From IMG/VR virus record IMGVR_UViG_2883068021_000001, positions 20,620 to 84,619 of that record: a DNA stretch of 64,000 nt. One strand, written 5' to 3'. A program made the position numbers and the translations under genes. Source of the DNA: a virus. Taxonomy: Duplodnaviria > Caudoviricetes. Each line of letters opens with the position of its first letter. Position 1 is the stretch's first letter. The notes below the pieces were generated by a model, which was given only the letters and a program-made list of their open reading frames with translations, ran no database searches and was not told the origin of the DNA. Below, in pieces: positions 28,367 to 36,598 of this stretch.

Positions 28367-28612
28367 ATGGATCTTCCTGAAGAACCCAACAGCATGAGCA
28401 TGCTCGAAAATTTGCATAAGCACTTCGATAATGCAGGTAAAGCCTTTAAAGACAGGGTTTGCCTGGACTGTGATTTCTCAAATGCCACCTATTACAGGAA
28501 AGTATCTACCTCCAAATATGCCACTATCACCAGGGCAGAAAGGGACAGAATACTGGAGATAGCAGAATATATCGTAGGCAAGCTCAATGACTGTATCAGC
28601 CTCTATAAGTAA
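28367..28612 (+). CDS. Hypothetical HTH-like protein
   Basis: 81 aa; CDFSNATYYRKV. Confidence 0.6.
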   Translation: MDLPEEPNSMSMLENLHKHFDNAGKAFKDRVCLDCDFSNATYYRKVSTSKYATITRAERDRILEIAEYIVGKLNDCISLYK

Positions 28613-28739
28613 CAAAAAAGCAGTAATTTGACTGCATCTTCAAACCAGCTCCTTTCACTGGAAGGTATGGCCTAAGGTATCAAAAATGTATTATGATCGT
28701 AGAATCAAGCACTGTTAAGGCTTTCCAGGATGGGTTTTC

Positions 28740-28798
28740 ATCCCTTCTCCTCCGCAAGCTTTAAATGCTCATTGACTTCGGTCTTTGGGCATTTTTTG
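28740..28798 (+). repeat. 59-bp direct repeat, copy 2 (attR-like)
   Basis: Identical to 15410-15468. Confidence 0.95.
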
Positions 28799-28982
28799 GT
28801 TTTTAGCGCTTCCGCAACGGCCAATCGTATTACCGCTCACCTGCCCGCCCAAAAACAGGAATGCCCTACCAGGGATCGCCTACCTCGGATCCCCCTTTAT
28901 CATTCCGGCATTAATCCATACAATTCGTACCTCAACATACTTTGTTGTATATTGAGTTTCCAAACATCCATAAACAATACCT

Positions 28983-29927
28983 ATGAGACAATTTCTCTTA
29001 ACCCTGGCTGTGGCCGTTTCAATCCCCGTTTCCCTTTCCGCCCAAAGCAACACTTTTCCCGCAACAGGCAACGCCGGCATCGGCACTACTTCGCCTCAGG
29101 CGCCGTTGCAGATTGTATCTACAGGGCGGACGTATGTCGTTAACAAATTCATCGCCAACAATTCGGAAGACTCCCAGGGCACCAATTATATTCTACTGCA
29201 TCCCATTTATGTTGGCACGCTTATCCAGGATTACCAGGTGTCAGGGAAGATCAGTGCTGTAAGAGGAAGCGCGGGGTCCTACAATCGCAAATGGACGATG
29301 GAGGTCAATACTTCCAGCGCCTACAACGGCAACATCGGGACCCTGCTTTGTTACAACGAACCTACGACAATCGTTATTGTTACTTATAACAGCGTCAAAT
29401 ATATGGCGCTCGAAATAACCAATAATTATTCCTTGTACTATTTCACCTTCACCGGCTATACTACCAATGCAACTTTAACATTGGTCAAAGACGAGGAAGT
29501 AACTTTAGTTGAGCCTTTCATGGCCAACTATATCCAGACACCCGGAGGGTTCAAGGCCAATACGCTCATCATTCCAGGCAGCGCCACCATTGGCACCCAT
29601 ACTATGGCGACAGGCACCGCCAAACTAGCTGTGGAAGGCACGATCGCCGCGCGGAAGGTGAAAGTCCAGGCTACAGGCTGGCCAGATTTCGTGTTTGCGG
29701 ATGACTATGCTTTACAGCCGTTGGATTCGGTAGCCGCGTTCGTCCGCGCCAACAAGCACTTGCCCGGCATTCCCAGCGAGGCGGAAGTGAAAAAGGACGG
29801 GCACGATCTCGGAGATATGAATGCCCGGCTTTTGCAGAAGGTGGAGGAACTGACGCTTTATCTTATCGAAATGAAAAAAGAGAATGCCGATATGAAAAAA
29901 CGGCTGGAAAAGCTGGAAGGGAAATAA
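28983..29927 (+). CDS. Secreted protein with tail-fibre-chaperone-like C-terminus
   Basis: Signal peptide; GNAGIGTTSP; KLAVEGTIAARKVKV..WPDFVF...LLQKVEELTLYLI. Confidence 0.75.
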   Translation: MRQFLLTLAVAVSIPVSLSAQSNTFPATGNAGIGTTSPQAPLQIVSTGRTYVVNKFIANNSEDSQGTNYILLHPIYVGTLIQDYQVSGKISAVRGSAGSYNRKWTMEVNTSSAYNGNIGTLLCYNEPTTIVIVTYNSVKYMALEITNNYSLYYFTFTGYTTNATLTLVKDEEVTLVEPFMANYIQTPGGFKANTLIIPGSATIGTHTMATGTAKLAVEGTIAARKVKVQATGWPDFVFADDYALQPLDSVAAFVRANKHLPGIPSEAEVKKDGHDLGDMNARLLQKVEELTLYLIEMKKENADMKKRLEKLEGK

Positions 29928-29931
29928 ATTC

Positions 29932-29965
29932 AAAAGGCCTGCAACTCAACACTGCAGGCCTTTTT
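29932..29965. terminator. Bidirectional intrinsic terminator
   Basis: 12-bp inverted repeat AAAAGGCCTGCA/TGCAGGCCTTTT between convergent genes. Confidence 0.75.
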
Positions 29966-29989
29966 GCTGTAATAATATGCGAAGCCCGG

Positions 29990-30325
29990 TTACGCCGCCG
30001 ACTGATCATCCACCTCTCCTTCAGGTGCATTTTTCTTCACCGAATCGATCCCGCCGTCGCGGGTCGTTTCCGAGGAATATTGCTGGCTGGTGCCGATGAT
30101 CTGGCCGTTGGCAGCTTTCAGGTTGAAGTAGAATTTCCCGCCGGCGTTCGATTTCCGCTCGAAACGCTCGTCTTGCCGGGCATTGTTGCGAACGGAATCG
30201 ATCCCGTTCTGACAGGCTGCTTTGGAAGAATATCCTTCGCTGGTGAGGATAACTTCGCCGTTACCGGCTTTCAGATTGAACTGAAATTCTCCGTTCGATC
30301 TTTTGGTGATGACAAATTTACTCAT
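29990..30325 (-). CDS. YegP family (tandem DUF1508) protein
   Basis: Two repeats of F.FNLKA.NG.(V/I)I.TS..YSS...GI.SV..NA. Confidence 0.92.
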   Translation of the reverse strand: MSKFVITKRSNGEFQFNLKAGNGEVILTSEGYSSKAACQNGIDSVRNNARQDERFERKSNAGGKFYFNLKAANGQIIGTSQQYSSETTRDGGIDSVKKNAPEGEVDDQSAA

Positions 30326-30430
30326 AGGATGCTATTTTAGTTGATTCGAAAGTTAACAAAAATAAACAACCATTGCTACTGACATAAGGCTGTCACGCCT
30401 CATTATTTATTTGCATCAAAATTAGACCCA

Positions 30431-31051
30431 ATGGAAAAACTGGACCTCGCAAAAAAGTACAAAACCTATTACAGCGCCGCATCCAAGCCGGAAATCGTAG
30501 ACATCGGCCCGGCGCACTACCTTTCCCTGACCGGTTCCGGCGACCCTTCCGGAGAAGCGTTCGCGGCCAACATCGCCACCCTCTACCCTGTGGCCTATGC
30601 CATTAAATTCCGCTGCAAAGCGCGCGAAAACGACTTTACCGTAGCCAAGCTCGAAGGCCAGTGGTGGTTCGACATGGACGCCTATCCCGGCCTTACGATG
30701 GCCGACGCGCCGGCCAGGGTTCCGCGGAGTGAATGGTCGTACCGGTTGCTCATCCGGCTTCCCGATTTCGTAACGGAAGAAGACGTAGCCGCCGGCATTG
30801 CCGCGGCGTCGAAAAAAGGGGTGGAAAAGGCGAAAGACGTACGGTTGTTTTCCATGCATGAAGGAAAATCGCTGCAGATGCTGCATAAAGGGCCGTTTAG
30901 CCGCGAAGGTGAGTCCCTGCAGGTGATGCATGAGTACATGGTCGCCCAAAACCTTTCCCACAACGGGCTACATCACGAGATCTACCTTTCCGACTTCCGG
31001 AAAACCGCTCCGGAGAAATTGAAAACGATATTGCGGGAACCGGTTAAGTAA
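30431..31051 (+). CDS. GyrI-like small-molecule-binding protein
   Basis: GSGDP, KLEGQWW, LHKGPFSRE, HHEIYLSDFRK...LKTILREPV. Confidence 0.85.
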   Translation: MEKLDLAKKYKTYYSAASKPEIVDIGPAHYLSLTGSGDPSGEAFAANIATLYPVAYAIKFRCKARENDFTVAKLEGQWWFDMDAYPGLTMADAPARVPRSEWSYRLLIRLPDFVTEEDVAAGIAAASKKGVEKAKDVRLFSMHEGKSLQMLHKGPFSREGESLQVMHEYMVAQNLSHNGLHHEIYLSDFRKTAPEKLKTILREPVK

Positions 31052-31052
31052 T

Positions 31053-31967
31053 TCACATATCCGCTCCTTCCCGCTGCAGGAGCCAATTTCCCAGTTCCAT
31101 GACATCCTTCGGCCGCGCGCCGGGGTCGATCATGCGGGCCGCTGCGGCACAGATGTCCGCCGGCGACATTCCCTGTTCGCGCATGAACCGGATGGAGGTA
31201 TCTCCTACGGATTTGGAGAGTTTGTGGCCCGAGGGGCTTTCCAGCAGGGGGTGATGCCAGAAAACGGTCTGCGCGAACGGGTTGGGCGGCAACAGGGACG
31301 CGAGATAGAGTTGACCGAGGGTCGAAGGCAAAAGATCTTCGCCCCTCACTACCAGGTTTACCCCGAATTGAAGATCGTCTGCCACGGAAGCCAGCTGGTA
31401 GGCGGGCTCTCCGTTTTTCTTGCGTACCACGAAGTCGTACATGGAAGGCGGTAAGCGCATGGGCGGGGGCTTCATCCCGATGGATTGCATGGGAATGATC
31501 GCGTCCGGGTCGGTGAAGATCCGCCAGGCCACGCCAGGTTGATCGAGCGGTATATTTTTATGGCGGCAGGTACCGGGATAGTTTCCGTCTACCAGTTGCG
31601 TACGCGAGCAATCGCAGGCGAAGAGGTGGCCTTCAGCGCGAAGGTTATCCAGGAATTCGGCGTAGCGCGCCATCCGCAGGGATTGCGACCAATTGCCGGT
31701 GAAATCGTCCGGATCGCGGGGGCCCTGGTGCCAGGGGATGTGCATATGATGAAGGGTATCGAATATGTCCTGGAGGTACGCGGGGCGGAGGCGGTCGCGG
31801 TCGAGGTCGTCGATACGGAGGAGGACCTTGGCCTGGAAGCGGTCTGCAAGTGCGATGGTGGCGGCAAACGACAGCAGGTTGCCCACATGCAGGAAACCGC
31901 TGGGCGTGGGGGCCAGTCGGGTGAGGCGGGGTGCCTGGGCTGTGGGAGAATGCTCGTTTTGCGACAT
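31053..31967 (-). CDS. gluQ: Glutamyl-Q tRNA(Asp) synthetase-like protein (truncated GluRS paralogue)
   Basis: RLAPTPSGFLHVGN (HIGH), LRIDDLD, CDCSR, YQLASVADD, RGEDL, KLSKS; no anticodon-binding domain. Confidence 0.75.
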   Translation of the reverse strand: MSQNEHSPTAQAPRLTRLAPTPSGFLHVGNLLSFAATIALADRFQAKVLLRIDDLDRDRLRPAYLQDIFDTLHHMHIPWHQGPRDPDDFTGNWSQSLRMARYAEFLDNLRAEGHLFACDCSRTQLVDGNYPGTCRHKNIPLDQPGVAWRIFTDPDAIIPMQSIGMKPPPMRLPPSMYDFVVRKKNGEPAYQLASVADDLQFGVNLVVRGEDLLPSTLGQLYLASLLPPNPFAQTVFWHHPLLESPSGHKLSKSVGDTSIRFMREQGMSPADICAAAARMIDPGARPKDVMELGNWLLQREGADM

Positions 31968-31979
31968 CGTAAAAAATGA

Positions 31980-32012
31980 TTTGTAAAATTACGGGACTTG
32001 TCGCTATATTTG
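31980..32012 (+). promoter_or_regulatory. Bacteroidetes sigma-A promoter for tRNA-Asp
   Basis: TTTG (31980-83), 21-bp spacer, TATATTTG (32005-12). Confidence 0.7.
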
Positions 32013-32030
32013 CAACCCGGTTAACGGAAT

Positions 32031-32104
32031 GGATCGGTAGTTCAGTCGGTTAGAATGCCGCCCTGTCACGGCGGAGGTCGCGGGTTCGAGTCCCGTCCGG
32101 TCCG
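32031..32104 (+). tRNA. tRNA-Asp(GTC), CCA not encoded
   Basis: Complete cloverleaf: GGATCGG/CCGGTCC acceptor, CCGCC-CTGTCAC-GGCGG anticodon arm (GTC at 32065-67), GCGGG-TTCGAGT-CCCGT T-arm. Confidence 0.97.
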
Positions 32105-32207
32105 CACGATTTAGAAGAGACCCGCGCTAGGCGCGGGTTTTCTGTTTTTAGTCGAGTATTTGGTCGAGTTCCCTTTTGTTTTCAATGATCTTTACGGAGG
32201 TTAACAT
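32102..32207 (+). repeat. att-like repeat copy 1 (fused to the tRNA-Asp 3' end)
   Basis: ccgcacgatttagaagag, hairpin acccgcgc/gcgcgggt, T-tract, tandem (T/G)GTCGAG-type arm sites, extension to ggaggttaacat. Confidence 0.92.
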
Positions 32208-32482
32208 ACTTTAAGTTACGAAAAGTGACTTAAAAAGATGGGCGATTCAGTTTTCTCGTAAAAAAAACATGATCGCCCTCAATCGCAGCTTAATCAAAAA
32301 AATCTTGATTAAACGACTATTCGAAATTGGGAATTTAGTTCATGAGTATGCTTAGTTAATAGCCTTAATTATTTTGAGCATAGCAAGAAATTTACGCGAT
32401 AACACATAATGGAATTACTTATGTATATTTGAGTGTTAAGCGCATTTAAAACCGGTTATCCGACAAAATTGAACTTATACCC

Positions 32483-34033
32483 ATGACTAAAGTTTTAGAC
32501 CTCAATTATACAGAAGCAAGGCAATATTTTCTAAAGAGAGAAAGCTATATCAACTTTGATCTTCCTACTTATTTTGAATTTGGAAACCTATTGCAGGCTG
32601 TTTCAACACATATGCGAGGCCGGGAACTTAAAACTTTTCACTCTACTTATGTTGATGAAGATGGAGAAATTAAGCCTCATTTTCCAGCAAATTTTGAAGG
32701 AGTAAATTATAAGTTTCTTAATAACAAAGATGGGAAATTTGCATGGCGCCCTTTTCAATTGATTCATCCAGCCCTGTATGTTTCATTAGTTAATAAAATT
32801 ACTGAACAGGCAAACTGGAATCTAATTGTAGCTCGATTCAATCAATTTCAGGCAAATCCTCAAATCAGATGTTATAGCATTCCATTACGTTCAGATAATC
32901 AACAATCAGATAAAGCAACTACAATTAGTCAGTGGTGGCAAGCAATTGAACAGCAATCGTTGGAGCTGGCATTGAAGTTTGAATATGTTTTGCATACTGA
33001 TATTTCTGATTGTTATGGATCAATGTATACTCATTCTGTTCCATGGGCAATACATACAAAAGCAACCGCCAAGGACCGTAGAAAAGACAAAGGGTTGGTC
33101 GGCAATATTATCGATAGACACTTACAGAGTATGTCCTATGGGCAGACCAATGGAATTCCACAAGGGAGCGTATTGATGGATTTTATCGCTGAAATGGTTC
33201 TTGGTTTTGCCGATCTAGAACTGTCTACCAAAATTCAACAAGCAAACATTCAAGATTATGAAATAATAAGGTATCGAGATGATTATCGAATTTTTTCGAA
33301 CAATCCACAAACTGCTGAACATATTACCAAGTTACTGACGGAGATTTTGATTGAGCTTGGAATGCGTTTGAACGCACAGAAAACAATCGTATCAAATAAC
33401 GTCATAAAGAACTCAATAAAATCGGATAAATTATACTGGATTTCATCAAAGAAGGGTGCGAAAGGTATTCAAGAACATTTATTGATTATTCATAAGCTTT
33501 CGGAAGAACATCCAAATTCGGGCAGTTTATCGAAAGCATTAGGCAAATTCTATAACAGAATTAAAGATGTAACTGAAACTCATCAAAGCATAATTGTTTT
33601 AGTTAGCATTTTGGTAGACATAATGTATAAAAACCCAAGAGTTTATCCAATTGCTTCTGCGGTTCTAAGCAAACTCTTGTCGCTCGTTCCCGACCATAAA
33701 AAGAATGAAATACTAATTCTAATTCACAATAGATTCGAAAAGATACCCAATACAGGGCATATTAAAATTTGGCTTCAAAGGGTTACTATTAAACTTGATA
33801 GAGAAAAAGTATACTCTGAAAAACTTTGCGAAAAAATAAATAATCCTAGGTTGCAGATTTGGAATTCTGACTGGATAGAGAATAACTTAAGAACTGTTAT
33901 TGAAGCTACTGAAATTATAGATGAAGATGTAATCAATAACATAGATGTAGTCATTTCTAGTAAAGAAATTGAATTGTTTAAAACTGAATATGACTATGCT
34001 GAGCAGACTGAAGAAGTGGAGGTGACTTTGTAA
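32483..34033 (+). CDS. Abi-P2-like (UG/Abi) reverse transcriptase
   Basis: DGKFAWRPFQLIHP, TDISDCYGSMYTH, NGIPQGS, RYRDDYRIF, helical C-terminal domain; recalled similarity to Abi-P2 from the N-terminus onward. Confidence 0.85.
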   Translation: MTKVLDLNYTEARQYFLKRESYINFDLPTYFEFGNLLQAVSTHMRGRELKTFHSTYVDEDGEIKPHFPANFEGVNYKFLNNKDGKFAWRPFQLIHPALYVSLVNKITEQANWNLIVARFNQFQANPQIRCYSIPLRSDNQQSDKATTISQWWQAIEQQSLELALKFEYVLHTDISDCYGSMYTHSVPWAIHTKATAKDRRKDKGLVGNIIDRHLQSMSYGQTNGIPQGSVLMDFIAEMVLGFADLELSTKIQQANIQDYEIIRYRDDYRIFSNNPQTAEHITKLLTEILIELGMRLNAQKTIVSNNVIKNSIKSDKLYWISSKKGAKGIQEHLLIIHKLSEEHPNSGSLSKALGKFYNRIKDVTETHQSIIVLVSILVDIMYKNPRVYPIASAVLSKLLSLVPDHKKNEILILIHNRFEKIPNTGHIKIWLQRVTIKLDREKVYSEKLCEKINNPRLQIWNSDWIENNLRTVIEATEIIDEDVINNIDVVISSKEIELFKTEYDYAEQTEEVEVTL

Positions 34034-34189
34034 TTTTGGCGGATAGAATACTGATCAGCGTGCATTATAAATAAATGCAAGTATTAGTTTCAATTTTCTA
34101 TTGAAAATACAATAGAAACGCGATTTAAGGGCTTTGGGTAAAGGCGATTAATTGTTTTTTTAGTAATTTGATAGAAATCAAATTAAGAT

Positions 34190-34912
34190 ATGCAATTGTT
34201 TCCTTTTCATAGATTGAAATCATTCATCTTATTTGAACAGCCTTTTAATTTTCAATACTTGACCCTTCACTTCCGTCGAACCCATGAAAAGCATCAGGAG
34301 CATTTTGATAGCTGGCCGATAGCTGCGACGCGACGGAAATTAATCAACGACTTTTGGTTTTGGGCCTTGTGCCATTATGCAGCTTTGGTGGCCATTTGCG
34401 GAATAGTATTCCTGGGCGTACTGGCCACCTTTAATATATCTTATCTCTTGCTGGTACTAGTCGTAGGTATTTTACTTTACTTACCCTTATATGTTCTTTT
34501 ATATCGTCCAGCTTTTACCGGTGATTTTCTCCCGAAACTGGAAACTGTAATATCCGAGTTCGAAGGGAATCAGCGAATTTGGGCCGAAAAGTGCAAACAA
34601 GAGCAACTTTCCACGCGGGGGCTTGTATTGCTTTACTACATTTTGGATAAATGTGCTGAAATTAACTTTCTTACCCCAAGTGATAAATCTGCAAGCCTGC
34701 TGCTTAAAATCTTCGGTGTAAGCCAGAAGGGCCTAAAGAACGAACTCGATTTACTATTCAAGAAGGAAAAGCGGGCAAAGATTGAGCAAAGAAAGCAAAC
34801 CGAGATTACGAAGAGTTTCGAGGAAGTGTACGCTATTTTTGAGGAAATGCAGTTTCCAAAGGGTGTGCAAATGTTAAAAGAGCTGGAAATCCGATATAAT
34901 CGGCCCGAATAA
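34190..34912 (+). CDS. Hypothetical membrane protein of Bacteroidetes mobilizable elements
   Basis: Two TM segments followed by a helical domain; upstream of the xis-like gene. Confidence 0.65.
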   Translation: MQLFPFHRLKSFILFEQPFNFQYLTLHFRRTHEKHQEHFDSWPIAATRRKLINDFWFWALCHYAALVAICGIVFLGVLATFNISYLLLVLVVGILLYLPLYVLLYRPAFTGDFLPKLETVISEFEGNQRIWAEKCKQEQLSTRGLVLLYYILDKCAEINFLTPSDKSASLLLKIFGVSQKGLKNELDLLFKKEKRAKIEQRKQTEITKSFEEVYAIFEEMQFPKGVQMLKELEIRYNRPE

Positions 34913-35004
34913 CTGTCAATCCCGCCGTTTTAACTAAATACAAGTATACTTAACCCGATTCCGGGCCTCCCCAACCCCATATTTACAGCCTAAATCTGTA
35001 AACT

Positions 35005-35358
35005 ATGGAAAGTGCGAAGAATGAACTGCCCACCACTCCAATGCTGTTTCCTTTGGAGCCGGAGGTATTCTGGCAGAAGCTGCGTTTACTGGTGCGGGAG
35101 GAAGTCGGCCGATTGGAAGTGCAACCGGCGGCTGGTAGTTCCACGTTTGTTACACCCGGCCTCAACTACAAACCCCTGCTAAAGATTGCCGAGGTTTGCC
35201 AGCTTTTTCAAGTCACCCGCCCCACGATCTACGACTGGATTAAGTGCGGCAAGCTGAAACGTTATAAAGTTCGGTCGCGGGCTTACTTCCTCTGGAACGA
35301 TATCCAGCAATTGCTCTACCCGGACGGTTCGCCCGGCCAGTCGTCCCCCGTCATTTGA
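35005..35358 (+). CDS. HTH_17 excisionase-like protein
   Basis: LLKIAEVCQLFQVTRPTIYDWIKCGKL. Confidence 0.85.
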   Translation: MESAKNELPTTPMLFPLEPEVFWQKLRLLVREEVGRLEVQPAAGSSTFVTPGLNYKPLLKIAEVCQLFQVTRPTIYDWIKCGKLKRYKVRSRAYFLWNDIQQLLYPDGSPGQSSPVI

Positions 35359-35367
35359 TTTTGTATT

Positions 35368-35448
35368 AGCGAGCGGTGTTTTTGCTTCGCAAAAACTCGC
35401 TCGCTTTTGCTCCCGCTGGTCGCAAAAGGTTGCCCGCCAGCGGGCAAT
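35368..35448. other. Candidate oriT (nested inverted repeats)
   Basis: AGCGAGC..GTTTTTGC-ttc-GCAAAAAC..GCTCGCT and TTGCCCGC-ca-GCGGGCAA directly upstream of mobC. Confidence 0.45.
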
Positions 35449-35465
35449 CATTGAATTTTTGGCTT

Positions 35466-35810
35466 ATGTGTGCAAAGAAAGGTGGGCGACCTCCCAGCCC
35501 AAAGAAACGCCAGCACCAGGTCGGCATCAGGTTGAACACGGAAGAACTGGCCCAGCTAAAGGAGCAGGCGGCCAAGGCCGGGATAAAACTAATGCCCTTC
35601 ATGCGGGGAATTATCCTCCGGGGCAAGGTGATCGCGCGGCTGGATGAGGACGGCCGTCAGTACCGGCAAGCCCTCATTGGTATGGCGAACAACATTAACC
35701 AGATGGCAAAGGTCTGCAACGCTACCGGCTATATTGACGTCTGTAGGGGCTTCTATCATACCTATCAGGAGTTAGCCTCTATCCTTAAAAAGTTAAGTAG
35801 TGATAAGTAA
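35466..35810 (+). CDS. mobC: MobC relaxosome accessory protein
   Basis: GGRP...IRLNTEE...IGMANNINQMAK; likely start at ATG 35466. Confidence 0.8.
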   Translation: MCAKKGGRPPSPKKRQHQVGIRLNTEELAQLKEQAAKAGIKLMPFMRGIILRGKVIARLDEDGRQYRQALIGMANNINQMAKVCNATGYIDVCRGFYHTYQELASILKKLSSDK

Positions 35811-36570
35811 AGTAATTACCGGCAAATCCTTTGCGGGATGCTGCCGATACGTATGCAGGAAGGAAGACCATGTGAAGATCCTCCACGTCAATGGCGTTAG
35901 AGAAGCCAACCCCAAGGATATGGCTGCTGACTTTGAAGACAACCGCCGGAGGCTACCCAATAAGCACCGCGCCGTCTTTCATGGGATATTGAGTTTTCAC
36001 CCATCGGATAGGGTTACAGAATCCCGAATGACATTAATCGCTTGCCAATACCTTGACCGCCTTAAAATTACTGACACCCAGTTTACCATCGTTAAGCACT
36101 CCGACAAGGCCCATCAGCACCTGCATATAATAGCCAATCTGGTAAACATGAAGGGAATAGCGATTTCGGATAGCTGGCTAGGGCTTCGGGGGAAAAAGGT
36201 AGCCCAGGCACTTACTTTGGAACACGGACTGAAAATAGCCCAAGGGCGCACGCCGAAGCTAACGCCTCCGGCGCGTGGAAGTGAGGAAGCCGTAAAGGAG
36301 GAAATCTTCTCCACCATAGCCACCGCGCTGGTACTATGCAAGAGTTTCGCACATCTTGAAAATGTCCTCGCCCATTGCCGGATCGATATCATGTATAAGC
36401 GGAACGGAAAAGGAGAAGCGGCCGGAATTAGCTTCCGGAAGGGTAAGTATGCTTTCAAGGGAAGCGATATCCACCGGAATTTCTCATTTGCAGGCTTCCA
36501 GAAGCGATTTGGTGGGGAGCGGGTAGATGTGGTCCGGAGGGTGAAGAGGAGCCGTGGATTGGGCCTGTAG
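35800..36570 (+). CDS. Relaxase/mobilization nuclease (MOBP-type)
   Basis: MISKVITGKSFAGCCRY, FHGILSFHP, HSDKAHQHLHIIAN. Confidence 0.9.
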   Translation: MISKVITGKSFAGCCRYVCRKEDHVKILHVNGVREANPKDMAADFEDNRRRLPNKHRAVFHGILSFHPSDRVTESRMTLIACQYLDRLKITDTQFTIVKHSDKAHQHLHIIANLVNMKGIAISDSWLGLRGKKVAQALTLEHGLKIAQGRTPKLTPPARGSEEAVKEEIFSTIATALVLCKSFAHLENVLAHCRIDIMYKRNGKGEAAGISFRKGKYAFKGSDIHRNFSFAGFQKRFGGERVDVVRRVKRSRGLGL

Positions 36571-36598
36571 TATTAAAGATATCTGAGTAATTAAGTGA

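Larger units (their letters stand above)
15410..28798. mobile_element. 13.4-kb integrative island
   Basis: Exact flanking 59-bp repeats, a tyrosine integrase next to the left repeat, and visibly AT-rich content. Confidence 0.9.

Noticed and set aside
32216-32480. Retron msr-msd RNA upstream of the RT
   Set aside because: There are two hairpins (32240-32278 and 32290-32312), but I found no long a1/a2 repeat enclosing them. The RT lacks the retron VTG motif and resembles Abi-P2.
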